Positions 37,789 through 46,033 of a stretch of 46,033 nt of DNA are shown here, piece after piece. The stretch is from Chthonomonadaceae bacterium (lineage in GTDB: Bacteria > Armatimonadota > Chthonomonadetes > Chthonomonadales > Chthonomonadaceae). The stretch spans positions 1-46,033 of the forward strand of contig DASRGZ010000171.1 of the NCBI GenBank assembly GCA_035650735.1. The letters are read 5' to 3'. A model generated the notes under the pieces. The model was not told the DNA's origin and did no database searches. It was given only the letters and a program-made list of their open reading frames with translations. The translations under genes were made by a program, and so were the position numbers. Within the stretch, counting starts at the first letter, position 1; every line of letters starts with the position of its first letter.

Positions 37789-38449
37789 GGCAGGCCGTCC
37801 ACCTGGCGGCTCTGCGCCTGGCGGCAAGACCGCCGCGCCCGGAGAAAGGCCGGAAGCGCCGGCCAGAGTCACGGTGCGCGGAGGCGGCGGCGCGCTCGTG
37901 GGCATCCTCCAGAACGTCATCAACGGGATGGAGAGCGGGCCTAAGATTCGCGAGAGTCTGGCGCTGGCCTACTGGCCGCGCATCGTCGGGCCGCAGGCGG
38001 CGGCAGCCACCGAGCCGGAGACGGTGCGCGACGGCGTGCTCTTTGTCCGCACCAAAAGCTCGGTCTGGTCGCACGAGCTAACGCTGCACAAGGCGCGCAT
38101 CCTGCAAAACCTGAATCGATTGCTCGGCGGCAAGGTCATCGCCGAGATCCTCTTTCGAGCGCAGGGCGTGACTCCGAAGTCAGTAGAGGAGGAGCCGGAC
38201 GTTCCTTCGCCGGAGGAGTTGGCAGCGGTCGTATTGGAGCCACCGGAAAAGGCGGAGCTGCGCGCCCGCCTGCAAGACCTCTATACCCTGGAGGACGACC
38301 GAATCCGCAAAGCCATCGCCCTCCGGCTGACTCAGGAGGCCAAGCTGCGCCACTGGCGGCTGGAGCACGGCTGGCGTCTCTGTCCGCGCTGCTCTACCGT
38401 CCACAAGACGGATTTTCCCCTCTGCCCCATTTGTCGCCTCTGCCGCTGA
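37661..38449 (+). CDS. DUF721/DciA-family protein with C-terminal Zn ribbon (start uncertain)
   Basis: WPRIVG..AA..TEP..VRDGVLFV...SSVWSHEL; CPRC...CPIC; canonical position after recF. Confidence 0.85.
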   Translation: MATERPEPQRPQSPRSRPRSRSQAEANPSPAAPEAQTNPPRREAGRPPGGSAPGGKTAAPGERPEAPARVTVRGGGGALVGILQNVINGMESGPKIRESLALAYWPRIVGPQAAAATEPETVRDGVLFVRTKSSVWSHELTLHKARILQNLNRLLGGKVIAEILFRAQGVTPKSVEEEPDVPSPEELAAVVLEPPEKAELRARLQDLYTLEDDRIRKAIALRLTQEAKLRHWRLEHGWRLCPRCSTVHKTDFPLCPICRLCR

Positions 38450-38607
38450 GAAACCTCTCTCCTGCCTGCTTTCCGGTAAAAAATACAAGCTGGTCGAATG
38501 CCTCATTGTCCGGTATCATTAAAGATATGGGCAGGAGACTCCCTGCGTTCACGCGGGGTATCAGACTTAGGTATGGATGCCTTGGAGAAAAGAGGAGCAA
38601 AAGAGCC

Positions 38608-38850
38608 ATGACCCTGACGATAGAACTGACCCCAGAAGAGGAGGTCCGGCTGCAACGGGCGGCCCAGGCCCAGGGTGTCAACCCTAGCGAGTTCGCCCGA
38701 CGTCTACTGGATACGACCCTGCGCGAACGGGAAGAGCGCGCCGCGCGCCTACGCGCGCTCAAGGGCAAGTACGCCCATATCCCCACCAGTACCGAAGTCT
38801 ATTTCCAGGAGAAGCAAGCCGAGATCGAGCGTGAAGATGCACGCCGATGA
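38608..38850 (+). CDS. Putative RHH-type antitoxin
   Basis: MTLTIELTPEEEVRLQRAAQAQGVNPSEFARRLL; ends ...GKYAHIPTSTE.Y..EK..EIERED; ATGA overlap with the next start. Confidence 0.7.
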   Translation: MTLTIELTPEEEVRLQRAAQAQGVNPSEFARRLLDTTLREREERAARLRALKGKYAHIPTSTEVYFQEKQAEIEREDARR

Positions 38851-38885
38851 GTCCGATTATGAATGCAAGTGCCCTGCTAGCCTTC
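38847..38885 (+). pseudogene. N-terminal remnant of a PIN/VapC toxin
   Basis: MSPIMNASALLAF resembles the VapC start (..VLDASALLAF). Resemblance ends at the stop of the convergent GNAT gene. Confidence 0.5.
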
Positions 38886-39443
38886 TGCGTTCTCCAACAG
38901 GCCAACGACCCTATCCGGCCACCCCGGACGAGGAGCTTTCACCAACTGCATTCCCAACCGTCTCATCAGCTTCTGCGAACGGGTATTGGCCTCTTCCGTC
39001 TCTGCCAGAATGCGGGCAAGCTTCATTTCCACTAAAGCATATTCGACCATGGCCCGCGCCGCTTCGGTGGCATAGCCTCGTCCCCAGTAAGCCGGCGAGA
39101 GGGCGTAACCCAGGTAGTACTCCAACGTGGCGAATGGCCCTACCGGGTCCTCTTCCGGAGAGACAAACAACGCGCGCACGTCTGGCGTGAGCAGAGCGAC
39201 ATTGAGCCGAACCATTCCCATTAAGCAACGGTCCCCCTTGCCAACAATGGCTCTCCAACCGCAGGGAACATCCAGATCATAGGCGGCGATGTTGCCCTCC
39301 AGGATCTCTTGCCGATCCTGGCGTGTCAGCGGCTCGCCCGACCACTTCAGCTCAAAATCCAGGATGCGATGGAGCACTTCCAGATCGTCAAGCGCGAAGG
39401 GCCGGATGCGGAGGCGTGCTGTCTCAAGCACGGGGAAAGCCAT
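38877..39443 (-). CDS. GNAT acetyltransferase (RimJ/RimL-like)
   Basis: LETARLRIRPF, LGYALSPAYWGRGYATEA, N.RS..LM.RLGM. Confidence 0.9.
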   Translation of the reverse strand: MAFPVLETARLRIRPFALDDLEVLHRILDFELKWSGEPLTRQDRQEILEGNIAAYDLDVPCGWRAIVGKGDRCLMGMVRLNVALLTPDVRALFVSPEEDPVGPFATLEYYLGYALSPAYWGRGYATEAARAMVEYALVEMKLARILAETEEANTRSQKLMRRLGMQLVKAPRPGWPDRVVGLLENAEG

Positions 39444-39505
39444 GTCACTTCTCCATCAATCGAGCGGCGCCGTTGATACGGAATAGAGCGGCCAGGCCGG
39501 GACCA

Positions 39506-40168
39506 TCACTCGTTGAGGAGGAAGACCGGGCGGCACCATGCGCCGGAGTGGCCGCGCAGGTTGATGGGCAGCGCCATGAACGTCTGCGGCATGGGCAGGG
39601 CGTAGACTTCCGGCGGGAAGCGCAACTCCTCGACGATCCAGATGCCCTTGCCCAGCAGAATCGTATGCACCGCCGCATCGTTTTCCGGGTCCCAGCCGCC
39701 AATGCCCCAGTGATCCACGCCCAGCCCACGGATTTGCTTTTCCACCAGCCACTCGGCGGCGGCGGGCGTGAGCTTGGGCGACGCGTAGAGCCAGCGGTCG
39801 GAGCGTTCGCGGATATCGCCCCAGCCTGTCGCCATCAGCACAATGGTATCGGCAGGAAGCTCCGGTAGCGTAGCGGCCAACCGCTCCGGCGTGATGAGTC
39901 CCAATGGCTCAATGCCGCGCAGGTCGGAAATGCGCGCCGGGCCGACGAAACTCTCCAGCGGCAGAGAATCGATGGCAGCGCCGCCTGCGATCTTGTGCAG
40001 GGGCGCGTCGAGATGGCTGCCGGTGTGGCTGGCCAGCGTCAGCGTCTCCCAGTGCCAGTTGCCCCGCGCGTGGTCGGAGGTGATCTCCGAGCGCACGGGC
40101 GGATGGGCCGGGCAGTTGGGGCCGCAATCGAAGATAGGCTGAGAAAGATCGATCAGACGCAGAGGCAT
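39506..40168 (-). CDS. Cyclase family metallohydrolase (kynurenine formamidase-like)
   Basis: IDLSQP, HTGSHLDAPLH, LMATGW, GLGVD, H..LL..GI.IVE. Confidence 0.9.
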   Translation of the reverse strand: MPLRLIDLSQPIFDCGPNCPAHPPVRSEITSDHARGNWHWETLTLASHTGSHLDAPLHKIAGGAAIDSLPLESFVGPARISDLRGIEPLGLITPERLAATLPELPADTIVLMATGWGDIRERSDRWLYASPKLTPAAAEWLVEKQIRGLGVDHWGIGGWDPENDAAVHTILLGKGIWIVEELRFPPEVYALPMPQTFMALPINLRGHSGAWCRPVFLLNE

Positions 40169-40226
40169 AGAGAATATCCTCCCATTCCCGGTAGGGAGAA
40201 TCGGTGAAAGGACTCCGCGCGGTGGC

Positions 40227-41462
40227 TCAGGCCAGTTCGCGGGAGCGGGCGGTGGCACGCTCCACAGCATCTATGAGGGCGGCGCGCAGGCCGGAGTGTT
40301 CGAGGGCAGCCAGGGCGACGATAGTGCTTCCGGCGGGCGTCGTCACCATATCGCGCAGTTGGGCCGGGTGCATCCCGGTCTCGATGACCATCTGCGCCGC
40401 GCCGAGCACCGTCTGGGCGGCTAGCTGGTGGGCTACTTCGCGCGGCAAGCCGACCTTGACGCCGCCATCCACCAGCGCCTCGATCATCAGGTAGACATAG
40501 GCGGGGCCAGAACCGGAGAGGGCCGTGACCGCGTCCATCCAGGATTCGGGCACCTCGACGGCGATTCCAACCGCCTCAAAGATCGCGGCAGCCTGGGCGG
40601 TGTGGGCGTCGTCGGCATGGGTGCCCCGGCAGTAAGCGCAGGCGCCCTTGCCGACCTGCGCGGGCGTATTGGGCATGGCGCGCACCACCGGCAGCGGCGC
40701 GTTGAGATGGGCCTCCAGCTTATCAATATGGATGCCGGCGGCGATGGAGATGATCAGCGGCAGCGGCTTGCCTTCGTCGCGCTTAAGCGCGTCGCGGATC
40801 TCATCCAGGACGGTAGCGACCATGTAGGGCTTGACCGCCAGGATGATGATGTCGGTGTATTTGGCGACCTGGCTGTTGCTTTCGGCCACCTTGACGCCCA
40901 GAGTCTGCTGGAGCTTCTGGACGTGGGCGGCGTGCGGATCGCTGACCAGGATTCGGTTGGCGGGAGCGGCGCCTTCGTGGACGATGCCGCGGCAGAGCGC
41001 ACCGCCCATCGCGCCGGCGCCGATGATTCCGATGCGTTTATCGCGGAGCATAGGGTGATAGGCGCCCGTGGGCGCGGTAGTCGGCGCGGAGGTCTCTCCA
41101 GGCGGCCTGGCGGGTGGGGGGTCGGCCCGTACCTCAGGGTTGGGCGGGGAGGGTGTCGGCGCTGAGGGCGCAGGGCTTGCGGCCTCCGCAACGGTGTCGC
41201 TTTCCGGCGCGGGCGGCTCAGCGGCAGGCGCTTGTGAACCGGCAGCGCGCCTGGATGCGGACGCGGCGGGCCGGGCGCCGGACTCGGATGTCGTCGGAGG
41301 CGAGGCCGAACGCGTGCGCTCCGGCTGCGGCGCGGGCGACTCGGCGGGCGCTTCCTCGGAAGGCTCTATGGGCGGCTCGACGGCAGGGCGGCGGGAGGCT
41401 GGCTTATTCGCGTCCCTCCCCGTAGGCGAGCCGTCGGCTGGCGGTGTTGGCGGTGGCGCCAT
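40227..41462 (-). CDS. proC: Pyrroline-5-carboxylate reductase with a long Pro/Ala/Ser-rich N-terminal extension (alternative start 41051)
   Basis: IGIIGAGAMG, LAVKP, ISIAAG, RAMPNTP, ALSGSGPAY, VTTPAGST. Confidence 0.93.
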   Translation of the reverse strand: MAPPPTPPADGSPTGRDANKPASRRPAVEPPIEPSEEAPAESPAPQPERTRSASPPTTSESGARPAASASRRAAGSQAPAAEPPAPESDTVAEAASPAPSAPTPSPPNPEVRADPPPARPPGETSAPTTAPTGAYHPMLRDKRIGIIGAGAMGGALCRGIVHEGAAPANRILVSDPHAAHVQKLQQTLGVKVAESNSQVAKYTDIIILAVKPYMVATVLDEIRDALKRDEGKPLPLIISIAAGIHIDKLEAHLNAPLPVVRAMPNTPAQVGKGACAYCRGTHADDAHTAQAAAIFEAVGIAVEVPESWMDAVTALSGSGPAYVYLMIEALVDGGVKVGLPREVAHQLAAQTVLGAAQMVIETGMHPAQLRDMVTTPAGSTIVALAALEHSGLRAALIDAVERATARSRELA

Positions 41463-41892
41463 TGTCTACCTCTACGGTGATATTGGCGGGTACGAACATA
41501 TAGACCTTCTCGCCGACGCGCTCCACCGTGCCGTCAATGGCATAGCAGACGCCGTTGAGGAAATCAATGATGCGCTCGGCCATCTGGGGCGTCGCCCGCT
41601 CCAGATTGACGATCTGGTGCTCGCCGCTCTTGAGGCCGTCGGCAGCCAGCTTGGCGTCCTCAAAGACCTGCGCGTTCAGGCGCACGGCGACGCGGCCTCC
41701 GCGTGCGGTCTGCAAGCGCAGCGGCAGTTGCTGGCGGCGCGGATTCTGCGCGCCCGGCGCGCTCTGGGCCGCTCCAACGCCAAGTTCTTCCTCGTCGGGC
41801 TCTTCGACGCCAAAGAGGCCATCCCGCAGGCGTGTCAGCCAGCTCTTATGCTCGTACTCTTCCGGCATAGGTTGTGGATTCACCGTGTCCAT
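41404..41892 (-). CDS. sepF: Cell division protein SepF (start may be GTG 41883)
   Basis: FEDAKLAADGLK....IVNLE.....AERIIDFLNG..YAIDG...RVG...MFVP; yggS-sepF-proC context. Confidence 0.92.
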   Translation of the reverse strand: MDTVNPQPMPEEYEHKSWLTRLRDGLFGVEEPDEEELGVGAAQSAPGAQNPRRQQLPLRLQTARGGRVAVRLNAQVFEDAKLAADGLKSGEHQIVNLERATPQMAERIIDFLNGVCYAIDGTVERVGEKVYMFVPANITVEVDNGATANTASRRLAYGEGRE

Positions 41893-41941
41893 TCCTCCCT
41901 GATTTCTAAGAATTGCGCCCGACGGCCAGGATGCCGCCGCT

Positions 41942-42634
41942 TTACGCTCGTCTCCCAAAAATCGCCGTGCCGATTCGGACCAGATTGGCCCCTTCCTCCA
42001 CGGCCACTTCGAAATCTCCGCTCATGCCCATTGAGAGATACCGCTGTGCGGCGGGCGGTAACTGCACATACAGACGGCGCAGGTGTTGGAAATAGGGGCG
42101 GGCCTGTTCGGGATTGGCCGAGAAGGGGGCCATGCCCATCAGCCCGCAGAGGCGCAGGCCCGGCAGCGCCCCGATCTGCGCGGCAGCCTCCAGGACCGCT
42201 TCCGGCGCAAAGCCGTACTTGGTGCCGGAGGAGACATCGAGCTTGACCTCCAGCAGAATATCCTGCACGATCCCGGCCTTTTGCGCCCGCTTTCCTACCT
42301 CTTTTGCCAGCGGCACCGAGTCGATGCTTTGCAGCAGCGTGAACCGCCCGATAACGTCTTTGACTTTATTGCTTTGCAGGTGCCCGATAAAGTGCCAGCG
42401 GATATCGGGGGCATCGAGCGGCGGCTGCCCAAGCTTGGCGAACGCTTCCTGCAGGTAGTTTTCCCCAAAGTCGCGCACGCCAGCTGCATACGCCTGGGCG
42501 ATGCGCGCCGCCTCCACCGTCTTGGTGACGGCCACCAGCGTCACCGCTTCGGCAGGCCGCCCGGAGCGCGCGGCGGCCTGGGCGATCCGTTCCCGCACGC
42601 GCGCGATATTGCGGGCGATTTTTGCCTCTGCCAT
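41942..42634 (-). CDS. yggS: PLP homeostasis protein YggS
   Basis: LVAVTK, FGENYLQE, WHFIGHLQSNK, GLMGM, LSMGMSGDFE.A.EEG...VRIGTAIFG. Confidence 0.96.
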   Translation of the reverse strand: MAEAKIARNIARVRERIAQAAARSGRPAEAVTLVAVTKTVEAARIAQAYAAGVRDFGENYLQEAFAKLGQPPLDAPDIRWHFIGHLQSNKVKDVIGRFTLLQSIDSVPLAKEVGKRAQKAGIVQDILLEVKLDVSSGTKYGFAPEAVLEAAAQIGALPGLRLCGLMGMAPFSANPEQARPYFQHLRRLYVQLPPAAQRYLSMGMSGDFEVAVEEGANLVRIGTAIFGRRA

Positions 42635-42960
42635 ATTCTCCTGAATCTTGCCGGATAGCTTTGCGCAGCCCTACTCGGGGCCAGGCGTTGCGTCTAGACA
42701 TAGCCGGGACTCATAGCTCGGCCCCTATATATGCCGTTTGCCCAACAGTTTAGCAGATTTGAGTCGGCTGTGCAAGAGTCCAGACGTACATTTTTACAAA
42801 TATTTCAGAATTTTTTGCGGTTGTTGGAACTTGTCGCACTTTGGAAGGATACTGTGGGCCTGTTTTAGACTCTACCGGTAGTGGTCGCAGGGTCTTATGT
42901 ACACTACGATACATTACCGAGATCGGCGAGGCGGCCCCAGCGGGCAGGTCACGGAGCCTT

Positions 42961-43138
42961 ATAGACGAACCAGTTAAAGGTCGGATGCTGTCCGTGCCCG
43001 GCACGGATCAGAGGTTTTCAACCCCCGGCTCCAGGGCCTACGGCCAAGCGACTGCAAGGGACGGCGCTACGCTTGCTCGCGCCTTTGCCTTGCGACTGGC
43101 GGACGCACCATTGTACGAGGTGTAACTGGTTTCTCTAT
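42961..43138. mobile_element. Candidate MITE with 16-bp imperfect terminal inverted repeats; contains a host repeat and a 45-bp unit (43051-43095)
   Basis: ATAGACGAACCAGTTA ... TAACTGGTTTCTCTAT, 14/16 match. Confidence 0.5.
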
Positions 43139-43256
43139 TATATACGGCGTAGATGCGGCGTCCCACGCCTCCGGGGAGATGGGCGTGTGCTATGGCATCG
43201 CCAAAAAGAACGCCGGACGAGGTCCCGCCCGGCGTCTTTGCCAGGGAAACGACCAA

Positions 43257-44462
43257 TCAGGAGTCGCCATTAGATGGGAAGCGGGCGCCGCCAAAGGGCG
43301 AGTCTTCCCCATTCATCCCGCCAAAGCCTGCGCCCTTTTGGACCTTCCAGACCCCGCCGATCCGCTTCATTTTCAGCTTGCTGGTGGTCTCTGATCGCCC
43401 CTCGATGCTAAAGGTTGTTTTGACGGGAACGGTCGCTTCATCACCATCAATACTTGGTTCGCCTACCTCAAAGCGCATCATCTCGGACAGGCGATTCATC
43501 AAATCGACAGCCTGGGGATTCTGCTGTATTTTGGCGTTCATCTTGTTGGCGAAATCCTCGGCGGTCGGGTATTCGTTGGTATCTATCTCCGAGGTCTCAT
43601 ACAGGGCTTTCCAGTCCATCTGGGTGAGGGCGGTGAGATATTTTTGCGCCTGCGCCTGGATCTCGCCGGACACGGCGGGGGAGGCTGTGGCGGCGAAGGA
43701 TGCCTGCGCGAGGGCGCCGCCTGAGCGGGCGTAACTGGTAACGCCGCCCACAGCGATGAGCGCCAGCAGGATCGCGGATATAACGGTCCCTAAAGGCGAG
43801 GTGGAGCGGGGAGTCTCGCGCTTGCGGGCCATCATCAGAGGGCTATAGGCGGCGGGAACGGTCGGGCGCATGGGCAGGGTCGTCTGCGGGCCTGGACCTC
43901 CAGGCACATAGCCGGTCGGCTGCAACGGCGGAGTCGGGCTCAGAGGCGGCGCTTCTGGCGGCACAACTTCCCCGGTCAGAGAGACGTGCGGCGTGGAAAA
44001 GCCCAGGTTGGGCGGAATTGCCCCTGTCGGTGGGTAGGACTGGAGAGTGGGCTCAGGCAGGCCGGGAATCCCGGCGCCCGAGGTCGGCGGCGGCGCCTGC
44101 AAATAGGACGGCTCCGACGGCCCGGTCAGCGGCATCGGGGTGCGGCCTGCCGGCAGAGTCTGGGGATGGGCTGGCGGGACGTGCCCATACCCTGGCTGCG
44201 CCGGAAGCGGCGGCGCCTGAGAAGCGAGCGGCGGTGGGTTTTGCTGCGGCGACCTTTGCGGATAGCTCTGCGGAGGCGTGGACGCCGGTTGCGGCATGTG
44301 AACGGGCGCAGCCCCCGCCGCAGGCGGCAACGGCTGCGTGGTGAAAGTTGCCGGAGGCGCCTGTGGCGGCGCCGCTTGCGCCTGCACGGGCGTAAAGCAG
44401 ATCGGGCAGGTGGACCGCCGCGTCTCATCAAAGACGAACTCACAACGGAGGCATTTTGTCAT
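43257..44462 (-). CDS. Zn-ribbon / Pro-rich linker / TM / NTF2-like (DUF4878-like) membrane protein, paralog 1
   Basis: CLRC..CPIC, Pro/Gln-rich region, TM, MDWK..YE, GDEATVPV, GGVWKV. Confidence 0.8.
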   Translation of the reverse strand: MTKCLRCEFVFDETRRSTCPICFTPVQAQAAPPQAPPATFTTQPLPPAAGAAPVHMPQPASTPPQSYPQRSPQQNPPPLASQAPPLPAQPGYGHVPPAHPQTLPAGRTPMPLTGPSEPSYLQAPPPTSGAGIPGLPEPTLQSYPPTGAIPPNLGFSTPHVSLTGEVVPPEAPPLSPTPPLQPTGYVPGGPGPQTTLPMRPTVPAAYSPLMMARKRETPRSTSPLGTVISAILLALIAVGGVTSYARSGGALAQASFAATASPAVSGEIQAQAQKYLTALTQMDWKALYETSEIDTNEYPTAEDFANKMNAKIQQNPQAVDLMNRLSEMMRFEVGEPSIDGDEATVPVKTTFSIEGRSETTSKLKMKRIGGVWKVQKGAGFGGMNGEDSPFGGARFPSNGDS

Positions 44463-44507
44463 TCCGAATCGTTACCTTTTCCCTTTCGCTAACGGGACAG
44501 CCTCACA

Positions 44508-44561
44508 AAGGATAAAGGATGAAGGATGAAAAAGGCCGTGCTTTCTTCATCCTTCATCCTT
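44508..44561. repeat. Inverted heptamer tandem repeats (AAGGATG)n/(CATCCTT)n
   Basis: aggataaaggatgaaggatgaa...ttcatccttcatccttt, between the two paralogs. Confidence 0.75.
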
Positions 44562-44577
44562 TAAACAAGGGACGTCG

Positions 44578-45780
44578 TCATTGTTTCCCGCCCATGCCCC
44601 CAAAGCCGCCCATACCACCCTGGCCGGGAGCGCCCATGCCGCCCATACCTTTATCGGCATCCAGGTTGATATTCTTGTTATCGCTGGAGACTTTCCAGAT
44701 GCCACCAAAGTTTTTCATCTTGACGTTAATCGTTCCCGACTGGCCCATCTGACTGAGGTTAATGCCCGCCAGGGAGATCGTGACGGGAACGGTCGCCTCG
44801 TCGCCGTTAATCGTAGGTTCCCCGACCTTAAAATCCACTGAGCTCGCAAGCCCCTTCATCATGGCAGCAGCACCCGGATTCTGATTGATCACATCGTTCA
44901 TCTTCTTCTCAAACTCCTGGGCGGAGGCGTATTTGGTGGAAGCCTGCTCGCTGGTCTCATACACGGTCTTCCAATCCATTGTTTTTATCGCCGTAAAGAA
45001 TTTCTCGGCCTGAGTCTTCGGATGGGTGCGGTGCTGCAAGTACCACCAGCCGCCAAAGGCGCCCAATCCCAGCACGAGAATCGCGATGACGATGGCGATG
45101 GCATTGCCGCTGATGCTTCGGGAGCGTGCTCCCTCCCGCCGCAGGGGCATGGTGACCGCGCTGTGCGGCCTACCCGGGCGCGGCGGAGTCGCCGGGACGC
45201 TGCCGGGATAGCTGCTGGGGCGCGGAGGCTGCGGCGCCGGCGCGGAGAGTCCCGGATCGATAATTTCGCCGGTGAGCGAGACGCGCATACCGGGCGCGGG
45301 CGGCGCCGATTGGTATGGCTGCGGTCCGGGCTGACCTAGAGCGGGCACGTCGGGAGAGGCTCCCAGCGGCTGCGCCGTTAAGGAGGCCTGCGGAGAGCCG
45401 GGCTGCGCCTGTGGGTATCCGGGCTGAGCGGCAGGATGGCCCTGTTGCGCTGGATCAGGCAGGCCGGGAATGCTAGGCCCCGGCGTGGTCGGTTGCGGGG
45501 GCGGAACGGCCTGCGGGGAGCCGGGCTGGGAATGCTGGTATTTGGGCTGTATAACCGGCTGGCCCGATTGTGGCAGGAGCGGCACATGTGGCGCACCGGG
45601 CTGTGGGGCGGGCGGCACAAGCCTGGACGCTGCGCCCTCCGGGCCGGGCGTCGGTTCCATCAGTGGCGGCGCGGGCTGAGGCGTGGCCTCTGTGGGGGAC
45701 GACAACGGCGTGAAGCAGATGGGGCAGGTGGTCCGTTTCGTTTCATCAAAGACGAACTCACAACGGGGGCATTTTACCAT
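44578..45780 (-). CDS. Zn-ribbon / Pro-rich linker / TM / NTF2-like membrane protein, paralog 2
   Basis: CPRC..CPIC and the same conserved blocks as paralog 1; AAGGA RBS before ATG 45780. Confidence 0.8.
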   Translation of the reverse strand: MVKCPRCEFVFDETKRTTCPICFTPLSSPTEATPQPAPPLMEPTPGPEGAASRLVPPAPQPGAPHVPLLPQSGQPVIQPKYQHSQPGSPQAVPPPQPTTPGPSIPGLPDPAQQGHPAAQPGYPQAQPGSPQASLTAQPLGASPDVPALGQPGPQPYQSAPPAPGMRVSLTGEIIDPGLSAPAPQPPRPSSYPGSVPATPPRPGRPHSAVTMPLRREGARSRSISGNAIAIVIAILVLGLGAFGGWWYLQHRTHPKTQAEKFFTAIKTMDWKTVYETSEQASTKYASAQEFEKKMNDVINQNPGAAAMMKGLASSVDFKVGEPTINGDEATVPVTISLAGINLSQMGQSGTINVKMKNFGGIWKVSSDNKNINLDADKGMGGMGAPGQGGMGGFGGMGGKQ

Positions 45781-45869
45781 GGGAGGCTTCCTTTCGGGAA
45801 CGGCGCGAACGATATGCGCCAACGCAGCACGATCAGGGAATAGAACGGATTAAACCCGGCGCCCTTTTG

Positions 45870-46033
45870 GCGGCAGGCTGAACCCTGCCGCTGTGGGGCC
45901 TATGGCCCGCCGACTGCCAGGGTCGGGCCTGCAACGGACTGCCAGGGTCGGCAGGGTTACGGCCTCTGCCTCCGCCTTGCGACATCAACATCAAGGTGGA
46001 AGGGTTGCGAATACTGGCCGTCGGCAGGGTTAG
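45870..46033. repeat. Family A REP pair interrupted by nested ~45-bp units
   Basis: REP at 45870-45892; unit left ends at 45913 and 45938, right end at 45982; partner REP begins at about 46022 and is cut by the window edge. Confidence 0.75.

Noticed and set aside
1..46033. tRNA, rRNA, transposase or integrase genes
   Set aside because: None recognised by eye. tRNAscan-SE and Rfam were not run, so small ncRNAs could be missed.

Overview
High-GC bacterial chromosome segment spanning the probable replication origin. The combination of PEP-CTERM, minCDE, sepF, LapA-like, flagellin and dciA-type genes suggests Armatimonadota, but that is an inference, not a database match. In order, it contains a tetrapyrrole operon (hemC-nadB-cobA/hemD-frameshifted ORF-hemB), a VKOR-DsbA fusion, a peroxiredoxin, lon, a PEP-CTERM protein, an orphan flagellin, an enolase-superfamily dehydratase, minCDE, recJ, wecB/wecA, a Tat-exported GH9, dnaA, an AT-rich origin, recF, DUF721/dciA, proC-sepF-yggS and two tandem Zn-ribbon/Pro-rich membrane paralogs. 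The non-coding signals are the most interesting. (1) A family of ~45-bp hairpin units (ACTGCnAGGG...CCTnGCGA) nests inside itself and inside REP-like hairpins, with covarying terminal stems in several copies. (2) A 34-aa membrane peptide missed by the ORF track has a complete type I toxin-antitoxin-like layout. (3) The origin carries TTTTCAACA-type boxes next to a DnaA with altered recognition-helix residues. (4) Two antitoxin-like genes are each followed by an amputated PIN-toxin start.
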